A stretch of DNA of 64,000 nt from Antedon mediterranea (Eukaryota; Animalia; Echinodermata), in NCBI RefSeq assembly GCF_964355755.1, contig NC_092680.1:22209605-22273604 (forward strand), read 5' to 3'. The position numbers were made by a program, and so were the translations under genes. Every line of letters starts with the position of its first letter. Within the stretch, counting starts at the first letter, position 1. Of the stretch, positions 54,001 to 64,000 are shown piece by piece. The notes beneath the pieces are model-generated. The model was given only the letters and a program-made list of their open reading frames with translations, made no database searches and was not told the origin of the DNA.

Positions 54001-57000
54001 ACCGTCCTAGTGACGTCTAGACGTACCGTCCTAGCGACGTCTAGATGTATTGTCGTAGTGACGTCTAGATGTACTGTCGTAGTGACGTCTAGATGTACTG
54101 TCCTAGTGACGTCTAAACGTACTGTCCTAGTGACGTCTAGACGTACTGTCGTAGAGACGTCTAAACATAATGTCGTAGTGACGTCTAGACGTGCTGTCGT
54201 AGTGACGTCTAGACGTGCTGTCGTAGTGACGTCTAGATGTGCTGTCGTAGTGACGTCTAGACGTGATGTCATAGTGACGTCTAGACGTGCTGTCATAGTG
54301 ATGTCTAGACATTCTGTCATGGCGACGTCTAGACGTACTGTCATGGCAACGTCTAGACGTACTGTCATGGTGACGTCTAGACGTAGACGTACTGTCATGG
54401 TAATGTCTAGACGTACTGTCATGGTGACGTCTAGACGTCTAGACGTGCTGTCGTAGTGACGTCTAAACATGCTGTCGTAGTGACGTCTAGATGTGCTGTT
54501 GTAGTGACGTCTAGACGTGCTGTCGTAGTGACGTCTAGACGTCACTATTACGTACTTTCCTAGTGACGTCTAGACGTACTGTCCTGGTGACGTCTAGAAG
54601 TACTGTCCTAGTGACGTCTAGACGTACTGTCGTAGTGACGTCTATATGTGCTGTCGTAGTGACGTCTAGACGTGCTGTCGTAGTGACGTCTAGACGTAAT
54701 ATTGACGTCTAGATGTACTGTCATAGTGATGTCTAGACGTACTGTCATAGTTAGGTCTAGACGTACTGTGATAGTGACGTCTAGACGTACTGTCATAGTG
54801 ACGTCTAGACGTACTGTCATAGGGACGTCTAGACGTACTTTCCTAGCGACGTCTAGACGTACTTTTATAGCGACGTCTAGACGTACTGTCTAGACGTACT
54901 GTCTAGATGTGCTGTCATAGTGACGTGTAGACGTTCTGTCATAGTGACGTGTAGACGTACTGTCATGGCGACGTCTAGACGTACTGTCATGGTGACGTCT
55001 AGACGTAGACGTACTGTCATGGTAACGTCTAGACGTACTGTCATGGTGACGTCTAGACGTACTGTCATGGTGACGTCTAGACGTACTGTCATGGTGACGT
55101 CTAGACGTACTGTCATGGTGACATCTAGACGTACTGTCATGGTGACGTCTAGACGTAATATCATAGTGACGTCTAGACGTACTGTCATAGCGACGTCTAG
55201 ACGTACTTTTCTAGCGACGTCTGGATGTACTTTCCTAGAGACGTCTAGACGTACTGTCTAGACGTGCTGTCATAGTGACATCTAGACATGCTGTCATAGT
55301 GACGTCTAGACGTGCTGTCATAGTGACGTCTAGACGTTCTGTCATAGTGATGTCTAGAAGTACTGTCATGGCGACGTCTAGACGCACTGTCATGGTTACG
55401 TCTAGACGTAGACGTACTGTCATGGTAATGTCTAGACGTACTGTCATGGTGACATCTAGACGTAATGTCGTAGTGATGTCTAGACGTGCTGTCGTAGTGA
55501 AGTCTAGACGTGCTGTCGTAGTGAAGTCTAGATGTGCTGTCGTAGTGACGTCTAGACGTGCAATCGTAGTGACGTCTAGACGTAATAATGACGTCTAGAC
55601 GTACTGTCATAGTGACGTCTAGACGTTCTGTCATAGTGACGTCTAGAATTACTGTCATGGCGACGTCTAGACGTACTGTCCTGGTGACGTCTAGAAGTAC
55701 TGTCCTAGTGACGTCTAGACGTACTGTCGTAGTGACGTCTATATGTGCTGTCGTAGTGACGTCTAGACGTGCTGTCGTAGTGACCTCTAGACGTAATATT
55801 GACGTCTAGATGTACTGTCATAGTGATGTCTAGACGTACTGTCATAGTTAGGTCTAGACGTACTGTGATAGTGACGTCTAGACGTACTGTCATAGTGACG
55901 TCTAGACGTACTGTCATAGGGACGTCTAGACGTACTTTCCTAGCGACGTCTAGACGTACTTTTATAGCGACGTCTAGACGTACTGTCTAGACGTACTGTC
56001 TAGATGTGCTGTCATAGTGACGTGTAGACGTTCTGTCATAGTGACGTGTAGACGTACTGTCATGGCGACGTCTAGACGTACTGTCATGGTGACGTCTAGA
56101 TGTAGACGTACTGTCATGGTAACGTCTAGACGTACTGTCATGGTGACGTCTAGACGTACTGTCATGGTGACGTCTAGACGTACTGTCATGGTGACGTCTA
56201 GACGTACTGTCATGGTGACATCTAGACATACTGTCATGGTGACGTCTAGACGTAATATCATAGTGACGTCTAGACGTACTGTCATAGCGACGTCTAGACG
56301 TACTTTTCTAGCGACGTCTGGATGTACTTTCCTAGAGACGTCTAGACGTACTGTCTAGACGTGCTGTCATAGTGACATCTAGACATGCTGTCATAGTGAC
56401 GTCTAGACGTGCTGTCATAGTGACGTCTAGACGTTCTGTCATAGTGATGTCTAGAAGTACTGTCATGGCGACGTCTAGACGCACTGTCATGGTTACGTCT
56501 AGACGTAGACGTACTGTCATGGTAATGTCTAGACGTACTGTCATGGTGACATCTAGACGTAATGTCGTAGTGATGTCTAGACGTGCTGTCGTAGTGAAGT
56601 CTAGACGTGCTGTCGTAGTGAAGTCTAGATGTGCTGTCGTAGTGACGTCTAGACGTGCAATCGTAGTGACGTCTAGACGTAATAATGACGTCTAGACGTA
56701 CTGTCATAGTGACGTCTAGACGTTCTGTCATAGTGACGTCTAGAATTACTGTCATGGCGACGTCTAGACGTACTGTCATAGTGACGTCTTGACGTGCTGT
56801 CATAGTGAAGTCTAGACGTTCTGTCATAGTGACTTCTAGAAGTACTGTCATGGCGACGTCTAGACGTACTGTCATAGTGACGTCTAGACGTACTTTCCTA
56901 GTGACGTCTAGACGTACTTTCCTAGCAACGTCTAGACGTACTGTCTAGACGTGGATGTCTAGACGTGCTGTCATAGTGACGTCTAGACGTTCTGTCATTG

Positions 57001-58483
57001 TGACGTCTAGACGTACTGTCATGGCGACGTCTAGACGTGCTGTCATAGTGATGTCTAGACGTAATAGTGACGTCTAGACGTACTGTCATATTGACGTCTA
57101 GACGTACTTTCCTAGCGACGTCTAGACGTACTGTCCTAGTGACGTCTAGACGTACTTTCCTAGTGACATCTAGACGTACTTTTCTAGTGACGTCTAGACG
57201 TACTGTCCTCGTGACGTCTAGACGTACTGTCATGGTGACGTCTAGACGTACTGTCATGGTGACGTCCAGACGTACTGTCATGGTGACGTCTAGACGTACT
57301 GTCATGGTGACGTCTAGACGTACTGTCATGGTGACGTCTAGACGTACTGTCATGGTGACGTCTAGACGTACTGTCATTGTGGTGATGTTTAGACGTAATA
57401 GTGATGTCTAGACGTACTGTCATAGTGACGTCTAGACGTACTGTCATAGTGACGTCTAGACGTACTTTCCTAGTGACGTCTAGACGTACTGTCCTAGTGA
57501 CGTCTAGACGTACTTTCCTAGTGACGTCTAGACGTACTTTCCTAGTGCCGTCTAGACGTACTGTCCTAGTGACATCTAGACGTACTGTCATGGTGACGTC
57601 TAGACGTACTGTCATGGTGACTTCTAGACGTACTGTCATTGTGACGTCTAGACGTTCTGTCATGGTGACGTCTAGACGTACTGTCATGGTGACGTCTGGA
57701 CGTACTGTCATGGTGACGTCTGGACGTACTGTCAACGTCTAGACGTATTGTCATGGTTACGTCTAGACGTACTTTCCTAGTGACGTCTAGACGTACGGTC
57801 CTAGTGACGTCTAGACTTACTGTCATAGTGACGTCTAGACGTACTGTCATAGTGACGTCTAGACGTACTTTCCTAGTGACGTCTAGATGTACTGTCCTAG
57901 TGACGTCTAGACGTACTGTCCTAGTGACGTCTAAACGTAATAGTAACGTCTAGACGTACTTTCCTAGTGACGTCTAGATGTACTGTCCTAGTGACGTCTA
58001 GAGGTACTGTCCTAGTAACGTCTAGACTTACTGTCACAGTGACATCTAGAAATACTGTCGTAGTGACGTCTAGATGTGCTGTCGTAGTGACGTCTAGACG
58101 TGCGGTCATAGTAACGTCTAGACGTAATAGTGACGTCTAGACGTACTGTGATAGTGACGTCTAGACGTACTGTCGCAGAGACGTCTAGACGTAATGTTGT
58201 AGTGACGTCTAGACGTGCTGTCGTAGTGATGTATAAACGTGCTGTCATAGTGACGTCTAGATGTGCTGTCGTAGTGACGTCTAGACGTGCCGTCATAGTA
58301 ACGTCTAGACGTAATAGTGACGTCTAGACGTACTGTGATAGTGACGTCTAGACGTACTGTCATAGTGACGTCTAGACGTACTGTGATAGTGACGTCTAGG
58401 CGTACTGTTATAGTGACGTCTAGACGTACTGTCATTGCGACGTCTAGACGTACTTTTCTAGCGACGTCTAGACGTACTTTCCT
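51043..58483. repeat. Subtelomeric 24-bp satellite with palindromic core ACGTCTAGACGT
   Basis: gtgacgtctagacgtactgtc(a/c/g)t(a/g) repeated about 300 times; includes a 1097-bp higher-order duplication. Confidence 0.97.
51585..51910 (-). mobile_element. tRNA-derived SINE with a Deu/Nin-domain-like central region
   Basis: Minus strand reads A box TGGCCGAGCGG, B box GGTTCGAGGCT, then gataaggactataaaccgtaggtcc..taaagaacc..gagtagggggttacaccggtg, which from memory resembles the Deu/Nin SINE core; A-rich tail; interrupts one satellite unit. Confidence 0.65.
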
Positions 58484-58632
58484 CACATACTTTGCTGACC
58501 CATTTTAGTTGATTTTAATTTTTTACAATCATTGTCTTTATTTCGAGTGTTATATGTATGATAATTATCAAATAAACTGAATAAAGAATTAAAACATTTT
58601 GGAAGTTGTCCTTTTTGGTATTTAAACATAAA

Positions 58633-59489
58633 ACTCGGAAATACTTGGAACTACTCGGAACTACTCGAAACTACTCGGAAATACTCGTCACTAATCTTCA
58701 CTAATCTGAAATACATGTCATTACTTGAAACTACTCGGAACTACACAGAACTACTCGGAAATATACGGAAATACTCGAAACTACTCGGAACTACTCGGAA
58801 CAACTCGGAACTATACTCGGAACTTCTCGGAACTTCTCGCCACTACTCGGAACTACTCAGAGCTACTCGGAACTACTCGGAAATACTCGTAAATACTCGT
58901 CACTAATCTTCACTAATCGGAAAAACTCGTCATTACTTGAAACTACTCGGAACTACACGGAACTACACGGAACTACTCGGAACTACTCGGAACTACTCGG
59001 AACTACTCGGAACTACTCGGAACTACTCGGAAATACTCGGAACTACTCGGAACTACTCGGAACTACTCGGAACAACTCGGAACTACTCGGAACTACTCGG
59101 AACTACTCGGAACTACTCGGAACTACACGGAACTACTCGGAACTACACGGAACTACACGGAAATACTCGGAAATACTCGGAACTACTCGGAACTTCTCGG
59201 AACTACTCGGAAGTAATCGGAACTACTCGGAACTTCTCGGAACTACTCTGAACTACTCTGAACTACTCAAAAATACTCAGAAATTTTCGAAACTACTCGA
59301 AGCAAGTCGGAACTACTCGGAAATACTCGGAACTTATCGGAACTTCTCGGAACTTCTCGGAAATGCTCCGAAATACTCGGAAATACTCGGAACAAATCGG
59401 AACTACTCAGAACTACTCGGAACTACTCGGAACAACTCGGAACTACTAAGAACTACTCGTAATTATTCAGAACTTCTCGCCACTACTCG
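58633..59489. repeat. Telomere-adjacent 10-bp satellite (GGAACTACTC)n
   Basis: ggaactactc with variants, directly abutting the TTAGGG array. Confidence 0.95.
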
Positions 59490-62400
59490 TTAGGGTTAGG
59501 GTTAGGGTTAGGGTTAGGGTTTGGGGGATAGGGGTTAGGGTTAGGGTTAGGGTTAGGGGTTAGGGTTAGGGGTTAGGGTTAGGGTTAGGGGTTAGGGTTA
59601 GGGTTAGGGTTAGGGTTAGGGTTAGGGTTAGGGTTAGGGTTAGGGGTTAGGGTTAGGGTTAGGGTTAGGGTTAGGGTTAGGGTTAGGGGTTAGGGTTAGG
59701 GTTAGGGGTTAGGGTTAGGGTTAGGGTTAGGGTTAGGGTTAGGGTTAGGGGTTAGGGGTTAGGGGTTAGGGGTTAGGGGTTAGGGGGGTTAGGGTTAGGG
59801 TTAGGGTTAGGGTTAGGGTTAGGGTTAGGGTTAGGGGTTAGGGTTAGGGTTAGGGTTAGGGTTAGGGTTAGGGTTAGGGTTAGGGTTAGGGTTAGGGTTA
59901 GGGTTAGGGTTAGGGTTAGGGTTAGGGTTAGGGTTAGGGTTAGGGTTAGGGTTAGGGTTAGGGTTAGGGTTAGGGTTAGGGTTAGGGTTAGGGTTAGGGT
60001 TAGGGTTAGGGTTAGGGTTAGGGTTAGGGTTAGGGTTAGGGTTAGGGTTAGGGTTAGGGTTAGGGTTAGGGTTAGGGTTAGGGGTTAGGGGTTAGGGTTA
60101 GGGTTAGGGGTTAGGGGTTAGGGTTAGGGTTAGGGTTAGGGTTAGGGTTAGGGTTAGGGTTAGGGTTAGGGGTTAGGGTTAGGGTTAGGGTTAGGGTTAG
60201 GGTTAGGGTTAGGGTTAGGGTTAGGGTTAGGGTTAGGGTTAGGGTTAGGGTTAGGGGTTAGGGTTAGGGTTAGGGGTTAGGGGTTAGGGTTAGGGTTAGG
60301 GTTAGGGTTAGGGTTAGGGTTAGGGTTAGGGGTTAGGGTTAGGGGTTAGGGTTAGGGTTAGGGTTAGGGGTTAGGGGTTAGGGTTAGGGTTAGGGTTAGG
60401 GTTAGGGTTAGGGTTAGGGTTAGGGGGTTAGGGTTAGGGTTAGGGTTAGGGTTAGGGTTAGGGTTAGGGTTAGGGTTAGGGTTAGGGTTAGGGTTAGGGT
60501 TAGGGTTAGGGTTAGGGTTAGGGTTAGGGGTTAGGGTTAGGGTTAGGGTTAGGGTTAGGGTTAGGGTTAGGGTTAGGGTTAGGGTTAGGGTTAGGGTTAG
60601 GGTTAGGGTTAGGGTTAGGGTTAGGGTTAGGGTTAGGGTTAGGGTTAGGGGTTAGGGTTAGGGTTAGGGTTAGGGTTAGGGTTAGGGTTAGGGTTAGGGT
60701 TAGGGTTAGGGTTAGGGTTAGGGTTAGGGTTAGGGTTAGGGTTAGGGGTTAGGGTTAGGGTTAGGGTTAGGGTTAGGGTTAGGGTTAGGGGTTAGGGTTA
60801 GGGTTAGGGTTAGGGTTAGGGTTAGGGTTAGGGTTAGGGTTAGGGTTAGGGTTAGGGTAGGGTTAGGGTTAGGGTTAGGGGTTAGGGTTAGGGTTAGGGT
60901 TAGGGTTAGGGTTAGGGTTAGGGTTAGGGTTAGGGTTAGGGTTAGGGTTAGGGTTAGGGGTTAGGGTTAGGGTTAGGGTTAGGGTTAGGGTTAGGGTTAG
61001 GGGTTAGGGTTAGGGTTAGGGTTAGGGTTAGGGTTAGGGGTTAGGGTTAGGGTTAGGGGTTAGGGTTAGGGTTAGGGTTAGGGTTAGGGTTAGGGTTAGG
61101 GTTAGGGTTAGGGTTAGGGTTAGGGTTAGGGGTTAGGGGTTAGGGTAGGGTTAGGGTTAGGGTTAGGGTTAGGGTTAGGGTTAGGGGTTAGGGTTAGGGT
61201 TAGGGTTAGGGTTAGGGTTAGGGTTAGGGTTAGGGGTTAGGGTTAGGGTTAGGGTTAGGGTTAGGGTTAGGGTTAGGGTTAGGGTTAGGGGTTAGGGTTA
61301 GGGTTAGGGTTAGGGTTAGGGTTAGGGGTTAGGGTTAGGGTTAGGGTTAGGGTTAGGGTTAGGGTTAGGGGTTAGGGTTAGGGTTAGGGTTAGGGGTTAG
61401 GGTTAGGGGTTAGGGTTAGGGTTAGGGTTAGGGTTAGGGTTAGGGTTAGGGTTAGGGGTTAGGGGTTAGGGGTTAGGGTTAGGGGTTAGGGTTAGGGTTA
61501 GGGTTAGGGTTAGGGTTAGGGTTAGGGTTAGGGTTAGGGTTAGGGTTAGGGTTAGGGGTTAGGGTTAGGGTTAGGGTTAGGGTTAGGGGTTAGGGTTAGG
61601 GGTTAGGGTTAGGGTTAGGGGTTAGGGTTAGGGTTAGGGTTAGGGGTTAGGGTTGTAGGGTTAGGGTTAGGGTTAGGGTTAGGGTTAGGGTTAGGGTTAG
61701 GGGTTAGGGGTTAGGGGTTAGGGGTTAGGGTTAGGGTTAGGGTTAGGGTTAGGGTTAGGGGTTAGGGTTAGGGTTAGGGTTAGGGTTAGGGTTAGGGTTA
61801 GGGTTAGGGTTAGGGTTAGGGTTAGGGTTAGGGTTAGGGTTAGGGGTTAGGGTTAGGGTTAGGGGTTAGGGTTAGGGTTAGGGTTAGGGTTAGGGTTAGG
61901 GTTAGGGTTAGGGTTAGGGTTAGGGTTAGGGTTAGGGTTAGGGTTAGGGTTAGGGTTAGGGTTAGGGTTAGGGTTAGGGTTAGGGTTAGGGGTTAGGGTT
62001 AGGGGTTAGGGTTAGGGTTAGGGTTAGGGGTTAGGGTTAGGGTTAGGGGGGTTAGGGTTAGGGTTAGGGTTAGGGTTAGGGTTAGGGTTAGGGTTAGGGT
62101 TAGGGTTAGGGTTAGGGTTAGGGTTAGGGTTAGGGTTAGGGTTAGGGGTTAGGGTTAGGGTTAGGGTTAGGGTTAGGGGGGTTAGGGTTAGGGGTTAGGG
62201 TTAGGGTTAGGTAGGGGGGTTAGGGTTAGGGTTAGGGTTAGGGTTAGGGTTAGGGTTAGGGTTAGGGGTTAGGGTTAGGGTTGGGTTAGGGTTAGGGTTA
62301 GGGTTAGGGTTAGGGTTAGGGTTAGGGTTAGGGTTAGGGTAGGGTTAGGGGTTAGGGTTAGGGTTAGGGTTAGGGTTAGGGTTAGGGTTAGGGTTAGGGT

Positions 62401-64000
62401 TAGGGTTAGGGTTAGGGTTAGGGTTAGGGGTTAGGGTTAGGGTTAGGGTTAGGGTTAGGGTTAGGGTTAGGGTTAGGGTTAGGGTTAGGGTTAGGGTTAG
62501 GGTTAGGGTTAGGGTTAGGGTTAGGGGTTAGGGTTAGGGTTAGGGTTAGGGTTAGGGTTAGGGTTAGGGTTAGGGTTAGGGTTAGGGTTAGGGTTAGGGT
62601 TAGGGTTAGGGTTAGGGTTAGGGTTGGGAGGGTTAGGGTTAGGGTTAGGGTTAGGGTTAGGGTTAGGGTTAGGGTTAGGGTTAGGGTTAGGGTTAGGGTT
62701 AGGGTTAGGGTTAGGGTTAGGGTTAGGGTTAGGGTTAGGGTTAGGGTTAGGGTTAGGGGGTTAGGGTTAGGGGTTAGGGTTAGGGGGTTAGGGTTAGGGT
62801 TAGGGTTAGGGTTAGGGTTAGGGTTAGGGTTAGGGTTAGGGTTAGGGTTAGGGTTAGGGTTAGGGGTTAGGGTTAGGGTTAGGGTTAGGGTTAGGGTTAG
62901 GGTTAGGGTTAGGGTTAGGGTTAGGGTTAGGGTTAGGGGTTAGGGTTAGGGGTTAGGGTTAGGGTTAGGGTAGGGTTAGGGTTAGGGTTAGGGTTAGGGT
63001 TAGGGTTAGGGTTAGGGGTTAGGGTTAGGGTTAGGGTTAGGGTTAGGGTTAGGGTTAGGGTTAGGGGTAGGGGTTAGGGTTAGGGGTTAGGGTTAGGGTT
63101 AGGGTTAGGGTTAGGGTTAGGGTTAGGGTTAGGGTTAGGGTTAGGGTTAGGGTTAGGGTTAGGGTTAGGGGTTAGGGTTAGGGTTAGGGTTAGGGTTAGG
63201 GTTAGGGTTAGGAGGTTAGGGTTAGGGTTAGGGTTAGGGTTAGGGTTAGGGGTTAGGGTTAGGGTTAGGGGTTAGGGTTAGGGGTTAGGGGTAGGGGTTA
63301 GGGTTAGGGTTAGGGTTAGGGTTAGGGTTAGGGTTAGGGTTAGGGTTAGGGTTAGGGTTAGGGGTTAGGTGGTTAGGGGTTAGGGTTAGGGTTAGGGTTA
63401 GGGTTAGGGTTAGGGGTTAGGGTTAGGGTTAGGGTTAGGGTTAGGGTTAGGGTTAGGGGTTAGGGTTAGGGTTAGGGTTAGGGTTAGGGTTAGGGGTTAG
63501 GGGTTAGGGTTAGGGTTAGGGTTAGGGTTAGGTTAGGGTTAGGGGTTAGGGTTAGGGTTAGGGTTAGGGTTAGGGTTAGGGTTAGGGTTAGGGGTTAGGG
63601 TGGTTAGGGTTAGGGGTTAGGGGTTAGGGTTAGGGTTAGGGTTAGGGTTAGGGGTTAGGGTTAGGGTTAGGGTTAGGGTTGGATTAGGGTAGGGTTAGGG
63701 TTAGGGTTAGGGTTAGGGTTAGGGTTAGGGTTAGGGGTTAGGGGGTTAGGGGTTAGGGTTAGGGTTAGGGTTAGGGTTAGGGTTAGGGGTTAGGGTTAGG
63801 GTGTTAGGGTTAGGGGTTAGGGTTAGGGTTAGGGGTTAGGGTTAGGGTTTGGGTTAGGGTTAGGGTTAGGGTTAGGGTTAGGGTTAGGGTTAGGGGTTAG
63901 GGTTAGGGTTAGGGTTAGGGTTTGGGGTTGGGTTAGGGTTAGGGGTGGGTTAGGGGTTAGGGTTAGGGTTAGGGTTAGGGTTAGGGTTGTAGGGTTAGGG
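59490..64000 (+). repeat. Telomere (TTAGGG)n
   Basis: About 4.5 kb of TTAGGG running to the window end, G-rich strand oriented 5'-3' toward the end. Confidence 0.99.

Noticed and set aside
51014-58508. Dozens of ORFs such as (TSRRTVMV)n and (TVRLDVTM)n
   Set aside because: Translations of the 24-bp satellite in several frames on both strands; no coding evidence.
58715-59251. ORFs (ELLGTTRNYS)n
   Set aside because: Translation of the 10-bp satellite.
59490-64000. TTAGGGG and other variant telomere units as a biological signal
   Set aside because: Mostly G-homopolymer length changes that increase toward the end, consistent with low-coverage sequencing error.

Overview
AT-rich animal chromosome end. 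(1) 1-27.5 kb: 3' part of a large multi-exon + strand gene encoding about 14 PLAT/LH2 domains in 7 alternating pairs (LOXHD1-like), interrupted by 7 fibronectin type III exons and ending in an acidic tail. Its introns carry minisatellites, a MITE, nested Helitron/Helentron-type elements and a tRNA-derived inverted array. (2) 30.7-48.5 kb: a complete Rab10 gene (5 coding exons, 200 aa, ends CC). Its 13.7-kb first intron contains five further divergent Rab first-exon cassettes. Each has its own ATG, P-loop and switch-I-equivalent segment, and a phase-1 GT donor compatible with the shared exon 2. This variable-first-exon / constant-region layout is the main finding. (3) 51-64 kb: subtelomeric 24-bp palindromic CpG satellite with an inserted SINE, a 10-bp satellite and a (TTAGGG)n telomere. 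All splice models were read by eye; no transcript or database evidence was available.
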